63,936 bases of DNA, filler included, from an uncultured Methanosarcinales archaeon (GCA_964608065.1; 3 parts of 3 records of this genome joined end to end with filler, not necessarily neighbours in it), one strand, 5' to 3'. Counted from the first letter of the whole stretch, positions 45,993-56,036 are shown. Numbers and translations: made by a program. The notes: generated from the sequence alone by a model not told the origin.

Positions 45993-48566
45993 TCACCTCG
46001 GATTATGATAACTATATAATTTATTTTCCGCATCTACTACTACATATCTATAAGTTAATTTATCACTAACTGCAAAACCAGGTATTGATCTTGAATTTGA
46101 TGTTGCAATCCCCTCTAATCTTGGACCAACGTGAGTGTATTTTGATTTAAACCCTTGTTTTCCCAAATTGCCCTTAAACTTATTAGCTTCAACAGTAAAC
46201 CTATAAGGATTATATCCTTTCGGATTTGTACGCTTAAAATGGTCGTCTAGATTATATTCGCTTGCCCAACTACTCTTAACATAAGCACTCTTAAACCCTC
46301 TAACAGCCCCTGCTGTTGCACCACCTATAACTAAATCTGTTCCAATAGAAGTAGGATTCAATAAGTTTTCACTCCATTCCTGGCCATAAATAACATTGCT
46401 TGTTATTGTTGCTGCTCTTCCTCCTGCTACTGAAGATGCCATACCTAATCCAACTTCAGAAGCTAAGCTTAATCCAGCTCCTCCAGCAACTAAATTTCCT
46501 ACTCCTAATGTTAATCCAGCAACTCCACCTGATACAGCTCCTATTGCTGCACTCTTGCCAACACTACCCCAATTTACTGTTCCTGTTTGATAATATTGTG
46601 TTGCAGCTGATATTCCGCCGCCTATTAATCCTCCGATTGCAGCTCCAATCCCTGCTGTTATTAATGTTGGGCTTTCACCGCTTGGATCAACATACTTATA
46701 TGGGTTATTCCTAACATAAGAATATCTGTTTAAATCCTGTGGGTTATAGATATTAGGAATGTTTTGATCAGGCTGGATAAAAGATAATAGATTATTGCTG
46801 TCATAATACCTAGCACCATAATAATATAGATTACTAGAATCTAACTCTTTAGAATTATACAAGTATCTTTCACCACTATCATCAATTATTTCACCAAAAT
46901 CTTCATAACTCAGATCTTCAACAACATTTCCACTTGAATCAGTAACTAATCTTGTACTTCCTAGATGATCAGGATGGAAGAATAAAGTGTTTCCATTTGC
47001 ATCTTCCTTTCCAACTAATTTATCATATAAATAATAATATTTCTCTGTGTAAGTTCCAGAACTATTCTCTATCTGAATGTAATTTCCAACATAATATACA
47101 GTTTCATCTCCACCATCTTTATGATTTATTTTTTTTACTCTGTTTCCATTATGATCATAAATGTATTCTTCAATTAAAGAACCAGTTGAGCTGTCTTTTA
47201 CATTAATTAATTGGTTAAATCTATCATAATCATAGCTCAAACCAAAACCAGAAATCAGATTACCATTAGCATCGTATTCTAAATCATAAGAAGGTGTTCC
47301 ATCATCCAGCCAGCAAGTATCTGTTATTGAATCATAAGTATAGCCTGTTTTACAACCACTACTTGAACTTGCAGAACTCTTACAAGAAACAGAATTTAAA
47401 CAATTCAGATTATAAGGGCAGTCATAAGGATCATTTCTTTGGCATATTCCTGAATCACAAGTTCTTTCAGGCTGTAATATATACCCTGAACAGCTTTGAG
47501 CTAAGCAAACAATCTCATTACAAGCTTTATCATAATCTATTTGATAATTATTATCAGGACAACTTGAACTTGAACCAGTACACATATCTTCATAAGCAAT
47601 ACCTTGACACGATGATGAACTAGTGCATGTTGGATTATGAGCTGATTTACAAACATGACCAGCAGCTCTAAAATATCCGTCAGAATCACAGCAAGGCTCA
47701 GTAGGATTACATTCTGGCCAATATACACACTGTTGATTATTATATGATTTTATTGTATTATATTCATCTATATACATATATAATGTCTGAGATCTAAAAT
47801 GGATATAATCTATATAAGGAGACTCTGAATCATCTCCAGATTGAACATTACAGAAATCATAAAAGTTATTGCAAGAAAAACCATTTTCAAGATCAGCATC
47901 AAAATCTAGTTTTAAAGAGGTTGGATGGTCATAGCAGTCGGTGTCACAATTAGCATTAAAACTGTCACAAGCATTTTGATCAGGAGCGCAATAAAGATAA
48001 TTAGTGTTTGAAAAACTATCAGCATCATTAAAATTATTTCCATCCTCATTACAACTGTCAATCCAAACACCACCACGATTTGAAAGAAATTCACTAGTTT
48101 CTCCACTACAATATTTATCTTGGTGGTCATACCATCTACTCCCATCATAGGATTCCCAATAAAGAGCTATACCTGAGTCAAAATTATATGTTGAACTATA
48201 TCCATCTATATCACTTCCTGAAATAAAATCATTTATATTACTATGTCTAAATATATAACATTTACTTGTGTCTGTTGGAGTATAAGTTCCCATGCCCATT
48301 CCATAACTAGATGAATCTACATTATCTTCTTCTTCATCAGGCAAATAATTAACTTTTGTGTAAACTGTAGTGTATTGATCAGAACAAGTGCTTATTGAGC
48401 ATGTTTTTATGCATATTCCGTTATTACAATCAGTACCTTCATTACGATAACCCGTAGGACAACTATTAGGTTCACATGAACCAATAGGAAGGGAATAAGC
48501 TATAGCTGTACAAATAATTAAAATAAGAATGATTACAATAAATTTGATTTTTTTTCCTTTTATCAT
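45993..48566 (-). CDS. Secreted Cys-rich protein with Rhs-associated core and C-terminal toxin (TcC-like)
   Basis: Signal peptide; disintegrin-like Cys-rich region; HPDHLGSTR, YYYGARYYD, NRYSYVRNNPYKYVDPSG; Gly-rich linker; CT with LDDHFKR. Confidence 0.88.
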   Translation of the reverse strand: MIKGKKIKFIVIILILIICTAIAYSLPIGSCEPNSCPTGYRNEGTDCNNGICIKTCSISTCSDQYTTVYTKVNYLPDEEEDNVDSSSYGMGMGTYTPTDTSKCYIFRHSNINDFISGSDIDGYSSTYNFDSGIALYWESYDGSRWYDHQDKYCSGETSEFLSNRGGVWIDSCNEDGNNFNDADSFSNTNYLYCAPDQNACDSFNANCDTDCYDHPTSLKLDFDADLENGFSCNNFYDFCNVQSGDDSESPYIDYIHFRSQTLYMYIDEYNTIKSYNNQQCVYWPECNPTEPCCDSDGYFRAAGHVCKSAHNPTCTSSSSCQGIAYEDMCTGSSSSCPDNNYQIDYDKACNEIVCLAQSCSGYILQPERTCDSGICQRNDPYDCPYNLNCLNSVSCKSSASSSSGCKTGYTYDSITDTCWLDDGTPSYDLEYDANGNLISGFGLSYDYDRFNQLINVKDSSTGSLIEEYIYDHNGNRVKKINHKDGGDETVYYVGNYIQIENSSGTYTEKYYYLYDKLVGKEDANGNTLFFHPDHLGSTRLVTDSSGNVVEDLSYEDFGEIIDDSGERYLYNSKELDSSNLYYYGARYYDSNNLLSFIQPDQNIPNIYNPQDLNRYSYVRNNPYKYVDPSGESPTLITAGIGAAIGGLIGGGISAATQYYQTGTVNWGSVGKSAAIGAVSGGVAGLTLGVGNLVAGGAGLSLASEVGLGMASSVAGGRAATITSNVIYGQEWSENLLNPTSIGTDLVIGGATAGAVRGFKSAYVKSSWASEYNLDDHFKRTNPKGYNPYRFTVEANKFKGNLGKQGFKSKYTHVGPRLEGIATSNSRSIPGFAVSDKLTYRYVVVDAENKLYSYHNPR

Positions 48567-48568
48567 TG

Positions 48569-49267
48569 TTATTTTTTTGACTCAATAAGTATTGATTTAT
48601 TCTTGGAATCATCAGTAACTTTCCATTTGTAAAAACCATTATCATAAACTAAGCTAACCATTAAATCTTTAGAATGAAATTCACTGTCTTGTTTTTTTGC
48701 CTTTGAAATTGCTTCTTCTTTGTTTATTAAGTATTTACACTCTTTTCTTGGCCCTATGTATCCTAGAATTTTCCCATTTTCATCTAACTTTACCTTTATT
48801 CTTTTTCCATAAGTAATTCTTTTTCCTTCTTCTTTTTCATAAGTTAACTCTAAATTATAAACAACATAATATTTTACGCCCCCTTTGTCAGGCTTATCAA
48901 AAATTATAACTTTTTTAAATTCAATGCTCTTGTTGAAGTAATCTTCACTAACAAAAGACTTAATATGATTATCAGAAGTATCAATTATTTTCTTAGGTGA
49001 TGCTTCTTTGGATTTTTTAATAATATACTTAACTAGAGAGTTAGTTATTAAAGAATTTACTCCATTAATTGCATTATCAGCTAATAACCCTTTTGTTTCA
49101 TCAATACTAAAAGCATTAACAAACAATCCAGATAAAACTAGTAAGAGTAGGACGGAAATAAATTTAATCTTGCTACCCCTAGTTCTCAAAATTTTATATA
49201 AGGGTTCCACCAAAAAATTATAGAAATATCTAAGGGACATGAAGTTATGTTTGTTCATAACTTTCAT
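48569..49267 (-). CDS. Membrane/secreted hypothetical protein, first gene of the Rhs operon
   Basis: Hydrophobic segment, PepSY-like INKEEAISKAK C-terminus; 2 nt from the next gene. Confidence 0.65.
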   Translation of the reverse strand: MKVMNKHNFMSLRYFYNFLVEPLYKILRTRGSKIKFISVLLLLVLSGLFVNAFSIDETKGLLADNAINGVNSLITNSLVKYIIKKSKEASPKKIIDTSDNHIKSFVSEDYFNKSIEFKKVIIFDKPDKGGVKYYVVYNLELTYEKEEGKRITYGKRIKVKLDENGKILGYIGPRKECKYLINKEEAISKAKKQDSEFHSKDLMVSLVYDNGFYKWKVTDDSKNKSILIESKK

Positions 49268-49437
49268 TTAACACCCCCTAACGGTTTTTAATCTATCATT
49301 CTTTATTACTTAATTACACCCCCCATTATACCAACACGTAAACTAATATATAAAACTTTCTATAGATTCAAAGAATAATGTTAGTTGGCTAAAAAACAGC
49401 AAAATATTTAAACTAGAATGTTCTATATATTTATACA

Positions 49438-49659
49438 ATGAAAAGAGGTGTATTTATTCTAATATTGCTATTAGTAATAATAGCTTTAACTGGATGCGCT
49501 GAAGTTGATGAAGAGGCAACAGTAATGGGAGACAAGACAACAGGCGGCGTGATTATCTGCAATCAGGATTATCCATGCGGTGCAGCAGATAATATCTGCC
49601 CAGAAGATTATGGCGCAGATTGTAAAGTTGAAGATCCTGACTGTGAGGTGTTAGAATGA
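49438..49659 (+). CDS. Small Cys-rich lipoprotein
   Basis: Signal peptide with LTGC lipobox; C..D..CG.ADNICPEDYGADC..EDPDC. Confidence 0.75.
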   Translation: MKRGVFILILLLVIIALTGCAEVDEEATVMGDKTTGGVIICNQDYPCGAADNICPEDYGADCKVEDPDCEVLE

Positions 49660-50408
49660 TGAAAAAAATAATTGTTTTGTTAATATCTTTGCTAACTTTA
49701 ATAGGCTTAACAAATTATGTAGTTGCATGTTCACCTAGTGATTGTGATCCTCCTTGTAGTACAGGAGGGGTATGTACTGGAACTACACCACCTGATTGTT
49801 ATTGTGATTTTGGCGGTGGAACTACAAATCCTGATGGAGCTTGTTCATGTATTAATGGAAATGATCCTTATATATGCCAATCAACAGCATATGATAACTG
49901 TTATATATGCCATGATATTGCACAGACATGTGATTGTGAGCTAGGCCCTTTATCCGAGAAATATTATCCGGGGTGTAATGGAGATATACTTCAGGAATAT
50001 GAAGCAGTTGATACAGGTTTAGTAGGGTGTGGTAATTTAGTAACAACTGCTTGTAGTGATTGTTGTTTAGGATCTCCTGGAAGTTCTTATTGTAGTGGAG
50101 AAGGTTCTACTTGTAGTGTTGATGGTGAGTGTTGTGGTGGTAGTTATTGTTCTTTTGGAGAAGATGACACTAAACAAACAGGTGAGCAGGGTTATTGTTG
50201 TTTAGAAGGATTGTTTTGGGATCCAACTGCTTTAGGTGGTCAAGGAGCTTGTAGAGAAGGCACAACATGTTCCACTCAATGGACACTAAGCACTCAAGCA
50301 GGCGGTTCTCGTTGGCTTCCTTTACCTTGGGAAATTTGGCAGGGTTGTTGTTCTATTTACCAATATGGACAAACAGAACTTTATTGGGATGCTATAGAAA
50401 TTTTTTAA
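49656..50408 (+). CDS. Secreted highly Cys-rich protein
   Basis: Signal peptide; dense Cys/Gly content; coupled to the upstream lipoprotein. Confidence 0.75.
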   Translation: MMKKIIVLLISLLTLIGLTNYVVACSPSDCDPPCSTGGVCTGTTPPDCYCDFGGGTTNPDGACSCINGNDPYICQSTAYDNCYICHDIAQTCDCELGPLSEKYYPGCNGDILQEYEAVDTGLVGCGNLVTTACSDCCLGSPGSSYCSGEGSTCSVDGECCGGSYCSFGEDDTKQTGEQGYCCLEGLFWDPTALGGQGACREGTTCSTQWTLSTQAGGSRWLPLPWEIWQGCCSIYQYGQTELYWDAIEIF

Positions 50409-50421
50409 CTTTTTTTTTTTT

Positions 50422-51417
50422 TTATAATTTTGTATTTGGATCTAAGAAATAATTAATTCTCATAAGTCCTTTTCCGAATCTGTTAAGAGTACCAGTATCA
50501 TTAGAAATTTCATCACTAAGTCTACCTCCAACATCATCTCTTACACCCATTGCTTGATATAATTCTTCAAGATATTCTCTTAAATCTGAAAGAGTCATAA
50601 TCTGAATCTCACTTTGAGTCATAATCCCACTGCCACTCTCTGCATGAGTAGGATTAATATAATATGGAGAAAGCCTTACTTCTAATTCTCCAGAAGTTGC
50701 ATTCTCATCTAAAGTAGCTGTTATTCCGGTTGTACAAGGATTAATTTGAGTTAAAGCATTATTTACTTTTTGTTTTATAGTTGGCAAATCCTGTTGAAAT
50801 TGTTCTGGTGTATAACCTTCATTATCTAACCAAACAGTTATATCTTTATTGTAAATAGCACTACCTCTTCTTAAAGCTTCTTTCACCCAGTCTATATTCA
50901 CCCAATCAGGTATTTTATATAATTCTAAAGTAATATTATTACCCTGACCTAAATATTGTAAATTTATTTGCGCTGGATTACCATTCTGAGTTTGAGTTAA
51001 ATTATCACTACTACCTGGTTTTCTCACACAAAGAACTGTATCATGAACACTACCATTATAATTTAAACTAATACTATGTCCTTTATGCTGGAATGTGTAC
51101 TGTCCTATAGGCATAAGGGTTCCACCTTTAATAACCTGTGCATCATTAACCTTAAGATTATCTACAAAATTATCTCCTTGAAGACTTGTCATATCATAAC
51201 AATTAACAGTAACTGTGTATTCATCATTTATAGGTTCAGGGCCTGCAGGGGATTTACAACTAACAATATTACCTAATCCACAAGCTGCTAAAGCAGAATA
51301 TAAAACACCCTGGCCTGCTTTTTTTATAAAATTTCTTCTAGAGTTAGGATTATTTAATCTACGCACTTCTTCTTCACTTATCTTCCTCTCTTTAATGAGA
51401 GTATCAAGGTCTTTCAT
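50422..51417 (-). CDS. Tat-signal lipoprotein with DUF2927-like zincin-related motif
   Basis: SRRNFIKK, VSCKSP lipobox-like, EELYQAMGVRDD. Confidence 0.6.
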   Translation of the reverse strand: MKDLDTLIKERKISEEEVRRLNNPNSRRNFIKKAGQGVLYSALAACGLGNIVSCKSPAGPEPINDEYTVTVNCYDMTSLQGDNFVDNLKVNDAQVIKGGTLMPIGQYTFQHKGHSISLNYNGSVHDTVLCVRKPGSSDNLTQTQNGNPAQINLQYLGQGNNITLELYKIPDWVNIDWVKEALRRGSAIYNKDITVWLDNEGYTPEQFQQDLPTIKQKVNNALTQINPCTTGITATLDENATSGELEVRLSPYYINPTHAESGSGIMTQSEIQIMTLSDLREYLEELYQAMGVRDDVGGRLSDEISNDTGTLNRFGKGLMRINYFLDPNTKL

Positions 51418-51505
51418 TATTATCCCTATTCCTATACCTAAAAACAACTAATATATAAATCTTTCTATTTTATAGTCATTTAGGAGTGGTGATAAATAAT
51501 AGAAA

Positions 51506-52444
51506 TCAAAACATCCCCAAACACTTCAAAATAATAGCTTTCTGTATATGCATCCTGTTCTCAGCTTGGTCTAAGATTACAGACCTTTCATCATCCATAG
51601 CATCTTTTGTCATTTCATAACCAATATGAACAGGCATGCAGTGCATTATCTTTGCATTGCTTCCTTCCATTAATTCTTTGTTGATCTGATATGGCATAAA
51701 TGTTTTTTTTCTTCTTTCAAATTCATCCTTAAACTCTTCTTTAGCACTACCGTCTGGATTAAAGAATTCCATATTAAGCCAGGTGTCAGTATGTACAAAA
51801 TCTGCATCTTTAACACAACTTACATCTTTAGTCTCTTCATACAATCCTGTTTCTTTTGCCTGCTTTTCCAATTCTTTATCATAAGCACCTTTATCTTTCT
51901 CTGCAATGCACATTGTTATCTTTGCACCTAATTTAGTGCAAGCCATTACCAGACTGTTGCTGACATTATTAGCAATACCCATCCAGACAACTTTCTTTCC
52001 CTTTAAATCATCTATGCTTCCACCAGATTTCTCAATCATTGTCAAAGCATCTCCTAAGCCCTGACAAGGGTGATATTTCTCACAGCAAGCATTAATAACA
52101 GGAATATTTCCTTCTTCTGCTGCAATAACCAAGCTTTCATTCTTCATTGGCCTATACATTAAACCATCCCCAAACCTCATTGTAGCTCTGATTTCATCTT
52201 TAAAGTCAGCTATAGCAAATTGTGTTGTTCTTTTATCCAAAAATATACCATGACCTCCTAATTGAGTCATACCAGCTTCAAAACTTAATCTTGTCCTTGT
52301 AGAACTTTTCTCAAACAACATAATTAATGTTTTATTCTTTAGAATATCAGAATACTTTTCAGATTTTTTCTTTATTTCAATAGCTTTCTCAATAACTTCT
52401 CTAATAAGTTTAGGACTCCAGTCTTTTAAAGTTAATAAATTCAT
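51506..52444 (-). CDS. argF: Ornithine carbamoyltransferase
   Basis: SSTRTRLSFE, HPCQ, HCMP, QAENR. Confidence 0.93.
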   Translation of the reverse strand: MNLLTLKDWSPKLIREVIEKAIEIKKKSEKYSDILKNKTLIMLFEKSSTRTRLSFEAGMTQLGGHGIFLDKRTTQFAIADFKDEIRATMRFGDGLMYRPMKNESLVIAAEEGNIPVINACCEKYHPCQGLGDALTMIEKSGGSIDDLKGKKVVWMGIANNVSNSLVMACTKLGAKITMCIAEKDKGAYDKELEKQAKETGLYEETKDVSCVKDADFVHTDTWLNMEFFNPDGSAKEEFKDEFERRKKTFMPYQINKELMEGSNAKIMHCMPVHIGYEMTKDAMDDERSVILDQAENRMHIQKAIILKCLGMF

Positions 52445-52483
52445 TATTAATCACCCCATACAATCCATAATCAGTCTTATTTA

Positions 52484-53014
52484 TTAAGTTTTTGATTTTC
52501 TTAATGTTTTTCTAAAATAAATACTATAATCTATTATACTCCAAATAGAAGCAACAAAAAGCACATACATAGAAATATGAGTTAACCCCCATAATCCTGA
52601 TAACATAAACAACAATACAAAATATTGAATTACTCTTCCAACTTTTCCTGAAAACCTTGCTTTAACACTTAACTTTCTATGAAAACCAGTTACATATGCA
52701 GCTGCACTCCCTATAGTTGTATAAATATCACGAAGGAAGAAAAATACTATATAATAAAAAGGCAGTTTAGCTGTAATAAATATAAATAAAAAAACAATTA
52801 AAACATAAACTTTATCAAAAACAGGATCAAATATAGCTCCGATTTTAGATTCTTGCTTTAGTTTTCTTGCAAAAAACCCATCCAGCCAGTCAGAGAATAC
52901 AGCAGCTATAAAAAAGAAATACTTAAGTATTGAATTATAATAAAGAACTGTCAGAATTGCTAAAGGCAATCTTATAAAAGAAAGAATATTCGGCAAACTT
53001 ATTATTTTCTTCAT
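52484..53014 (-). CDS. CDP-alcohol phosphatidyltransferase
   Basis: PNILSFIR, DWLDGFFAR..G..FDPVFDK. Confidence 0.92.
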   Translation of the reverse strand: MKKIISLPNILSFIRLPLAILTVLYYNSILKYFFFIAAVFSDWLDGFFARKLKQESKIGAIFDPVFDKVYVLIVFLFIFITAKLPFYYIVFFFLRDIYTTIGSAAAYVTGFHRKLSVKARFSGKVGRVIQYFVLLFMLSGLWGLTHISMYVLFVASIWSIIDYSIYFRKTLRKSKT

Positions 53015-53030
53015 AAAAACCACATAGAAT

Positions 53031-53159
53031 TTAGCTGGTTTTTGCAACAGTTCTCTTGCACTTTGGACAATACCACATAACATAAGTAGTACTAGCCACT
53101 ACTTTTGTTTCCTTTAGCTCCATATCACTATTGCATACATCACATTTCTGTTTACTCAT
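53031..53159 (-). CDS. Small zinc-ribbon protein (42 aa, MSKQKCDVCNSDM...WYCPKCKRTVAKTS)
   Basis: CxxC/CxxC; ATGA-coupled to the upstream small ORF. Confidence 0.7.
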   Translation of the reverse strand: MSKQKCDVCNSDMELKETKVVASTTYVMWYCPKCKRTVAKTS

Positions 53160-53281
53160 TTTGCTCTTTTTTCAAAACAGCTAACACAATATGTCTTTAC
53201 TTTACCTTCATCTACTTGCAATAATTTACAGTCTTCCATACCTTCTATAAATTTCCCACATAAATCGCATTTGTTATACAT
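53156..53281 (-). CDS. Small zinc-finger protein (41 aa, MYNKCDLCGK...YCVSC)
   Basis: CxxC/CxxC; ATG about 25 nt after TATA. Confidence 0.7.
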   Translation of the reverse strand: MYNKCDLCGKFIEGMEDCKLLQVDEGKVKTYCVSCFEKRAK

Positions 53282-53364
53282 CTTGAATAGTATAAATAGA
53301 AAACCAACTATATAAATTTTTCTGAGAAAGGTTTTTAAATGCATAAGTGATTTCATTGAATATT

Positions 53365-54360
53365 ATGTCTAAATATGCAACTACTATTATTAAGAACGGT
53401 CTAAGAACTAAAGGTCAAGATTTCTCACGCTTAGAAGGGGTTATCAAGGAAAATTCTCACATTCATTCTATTAACTCAACACAAAAACCAGAAGAAATGC
53501 GAGCTATTATAACTGAAAATTTCCATGATGACTACTTTAATATTTTTGGTTTTGTTGGTGGTGATGGCACACAGCACTATGCTGTAAATGAGATGGTCCC
53601 TCTAATAGATAAAGGAAATTTTGTAATGGCAGCAATCCCATATAAACATCATAAAATAGGTAAAAAAAGCGGTAATGACCTTTCAAGACCAGCATTTAAT
53701 ATTGATAATAGAGAAGAGGGTATTGATGCCTTATCAGATTTTTACAAAAATCCTGAAAATATTGTTAATGTGGATGTTGGTTTATTACAAATAAAAGATG
53801 ATGCTGGTAAATTAATTTTTGAAAGATATTTTATTAATACTGTGGGTGGAGGCCAAAGTGCGGTAGCAAATAAAATAAGAAAAGAATATGGTATACCTTA
53901 TACTCCGGCAGGAATACTTGCAGCATTAAAGGGACCAACTAAGATGGTAATAAATATTGATGGTACAGATCATGTATTTTCTCCAGATTATAGAGAGCGC
54001 ATGGTTAATGTTAATAATACAACAGATTTTGGAAATAAAATATATATTGCACCTGATGCTGATGTCAGTGATGGATTCTTTAATGCAACAATAGTTGAAA
54101 ATTGTAATTTTTTTAAAGTTTTATATTTATTAGCTATGGCAAAAGCAAGAAAAGATGTTGTTAGAAAATCAAACAAAATACACTATTTTAACAATGTTAA
54201 GGAATTAACTATTAAAAGAAAAACACATTTTCCAATACAACTTGATGGAGAAGATTTTGATATCAAATACCCTGATTCTTATAATTCATTAGAATACTCA
54301 ATTCAACACACAGGAATGCAGTTACCTTTTGTAACAAGAAAGGAAAGGAAAAAAAAATGA
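53365..54360 (+). CDS. Diacylglycerol/lipid kinase family protein (YegS/DagK-like)
   Basis: VGGDGT, SGNDLS, YFINTVG, IAPDADVSDG, QLDGE. Confidence 0.85.
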   Translation: MSKYATTIIKNGLRTKGQDFSRLEGVIKENSHIHSINSTQKPEEMRAIITENFHDDYFNIFGFVGGDGTQHYAVNEMVPLIDKGNFVMAAIPYKHHKIGKKSGNDLSRPAFNIDNREEGIDALSDFYKNPENIVNVDVGLLQIKDDAGKLIFERYFINTVGGGQSAVANKIRKEYGIPYTPAGILAALKGPTKMVINIDGTDHVFSPDYRERMVNVNNTTDFGNKIYIAPDADVSDGFFNATIVENCNFFKVLYLLAMAKARKDVVRKSNKIHYFNNVKELTIKRKTHFPIQLDGEDFDIKYPDSYNSLEYSIQHTGMQLPFVTRKERKKK

Positions 54361-54449
54361 GCCTACTCGGATTCGAACCGAGATCAACTGGTATCTACAA
54401 GCTCTTTACTTGCCGAAGCCAGCCGCACTATCCATTGTGCTATAGGCCC
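54358..54449 (-). tRNA. tRNA-Arg(UCG) with 20-nt intron at 37/38 (54393-54412)
   Basis: GGGCCTA/TAGGCTC acceptor, GCAC/GTGC D stem, GCTGG-CT-TCG-G..A-CCAGT, CTCGGTTCGAATCCGAG. Confidence 0.9.
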
Positions 54450-54507
54450 TTAATAAAAAGTTAAGATAAATATACTATATAAAATTATTTAAAATAAAAA
54501 AAAAAAA

Positions 54508-54591
54508 CTACTTCTTGAGAAATCGTTTAACAACTCTTAAAACCTTCTGAAATATTGTTTCCTCTGCATCATATACTTCAAGTTGTATCAA
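54508..54591 (-). CDS. Possible 27-aa peptide (MIQLEVYDAEETIFQKVLRVVKRFLKK)
   Basis: AGGTGA SD before TTG, downstream of alba. Confidence 0.35.
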   Translation of the reverse strand: MIQLEVYDAEETIFQKVLRVVKRFLKK

Positions 54592-54615
54592 TAAAATCAC
54601 CTTTTGTAATAGTTT

Positions 54616-54897
54616 TTACTTCTTAACTAATGTAATTTCTATTGTGGAAACTCTTACGTTTTTGCCTTCCTTGTTCTGGAACTCTTCTGAGTCTATGTTT
54701 ATGCCTTTTACGTCTATAGTTCCTACCAAGAATCTCTTGCTTGAAACTTCTGCAACATCTACTGCTCTGCTTATAAATTTTCCACGAGCTTTTACTAGGA
54801 CCTCAGTTGCTCCTTTGGTTGTGAACTGCATTACAACTCCTGTAATATAGTTCATAAAAGGTTTCCCACCGATAAAGATGGTGTTGTCTTCTGCCAT
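54616..54897 (-). CDS. albA: DNA/RNA-binding protein Alba
   Basis: IGGKPFMNY, KARGKFISRAVDVAE, VSTIEI. Confidence 0.95.
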   Translation of the reverse strand: MAEDNTIFIGGKPFMNYITGVVMQFTTKGATEVLVKARGKFISRAVDVAEVSSKRFLVGTIDVKGINIDSEEFQNKEGKNVRVSTIEITLVKK

Positions 54898-54912
54898 TTT
54901 TGCACCCCCTGT

Positions 54913-55107
54913 TTATTCTTCTTCTTTGTTTTTTATGAGCTTAGTTATACATCCTGCTATCACATTTCTTAGTTTCTTGCTTGGCACATCAGCCAGCTCG
55001 TCTACTATCTTCTTATTATCGTCAAAGTTTTCTTTAAACTTATCTCTATGTTCAGTTATTAATTGATTACTTACTCTTTTTATCAATGCTGTTTTTATTC
55101 TTCCCAT
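54913..55107 (-). CDS. rps17e: 30S ribosomal protein S17e
   Basis: MGRIKT..IKR..FDDNK..SKKLRNVIAGCIT. Confidence 0.95.
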   Translation of the reverse strand: MGRIKTALIKRVSNQLITEHRDKFKENFDDNKKIVDELADVPSKKLRNVIAGCITKLIKNKEEE

Positions 55108-55156
55108 ATATATCACTAATCAACAATAGAGGAGTGTGAAATATTGGGGTGTTTAT

Positions 55157-55221
55157 AAAGGTATCGAAAATATTTATTTTCGGGACCTTGAAAAACGAAT
55201 GTTTTTCATTGGTTACTGTTT
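55157..55221. repeat. Double-hairpin repeat, copy 2 (abuts rps17e TATA box)
   Basis: AAAGGTATCGAAAAT-ATTT-ATTTTCGGGACCTTGAAAAAC-GAAT-GTTTTTCATTGGTTACT. Confidence 0.8.
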
Positions 55222-55305
55222 TATCAAACTGAGAATCTATGGTTGTTATATTGTATAGAAATCTTTATATATCTAGTAAACATGTGATTAATATATGGTG
55301 GTTAA

Positions 55306-55857
55306 ATGAAGACTGGCTTCAAAGTAATAGATGCTATGACTATTAATCCTGTACTTCTTAGTAAAGATACTTCTCTGCAGGAATGTGCCAAAATTATGGA
55401 AGATAATCATGTTGGAGCAGTTTTAGTTGGAAATAAAGATGTTATTGAAGGTATAATCACAGAACAGGATATTGTGAGAAAGGTTATAGGCAAGGGTATT
55501 AATCCTTTAGAGAAAAGTATTGGAGAATTTATGGAAACGACATTATTTAGAATAAAGCCAGAAGAGGATATTTTTGATGCTTTAATTTTAATGAGAAAAG
55601 AGAATATAAGGCATCTGCCTGTTTTTGATGAAGATAAGTTTAGAGGATTATTAACAATAAAGGATGTTCTTAAGATCCAGCCAAGGTTATTTGATTTTAT
55701 GGTTGAGAAATTTGAATTAAGAGAAGAAAAAAGAAAACCTATATTTAAGAATAAAGAGAACGAAGGCATATGTCAGATATGCGGCAATTATTCTGAAGAA
55801 TTATTTAATGTTGAAGAAACCTTAATGTGTGAGAAGTGTAAGGAAGAGAATCAATAA
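55306..55857 (+). CDS. CBS-domain protein with C-terminal Zn ribbon
   Basis: Two CBS repeats (GIITEQDI, IRHLPV..GLLTIKD); CQIC..CEKC. Confidence 0.9.
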   Translation: MKTGFKVIDAMTINPVLLSKDTSLQECAKIMEDNHVGAVLVGNKDVIEGIITEQDIVRKVIGKGINPLEKSIGEFMETTLFRIKPEEDIFDALILMRKENIRHLPVFDEDKFRGLLTIKDVLKIQPRLFDFMVEKFELREEKRKPIFKNKENEGICQICGNYSEELFNVEETLMCEKCKEENQ

Positions 55858-56036
55858 AAAAGAACAAAACCCAATCTAATAAAGAAAAACAGTAAAAAAA
55901 ACAATGAAGCAATACCAATAATCTTGTTCTTAGTATAAAAATATGAAATTCCTAAACCTGTAGCAATGACTAAATGCCCCACTAATTCATACAATGCGTT
56001 GTCAATCAAACTTATGCCTAAAATAAGGTTTACCAT
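55851..56036 (-). CDS. Small membrane protein
   Basis: 61-aa hydrophobic ORF. Confidence 0.5.
   Translation of the reverse strand: MVNLILGISLIDNALYELVGHLVIATGLGISYFYTKNKIIGIASLFFLLFFFIRLGFVLFY

Noticed and set aside
54358..54360. tRNA-Arg(UCG) 3' end overlapping the kinase stop codon as an integration site
   Set aside because: No integrase or duplicated tRNA 3' end was found; consistent with simple genome compaction
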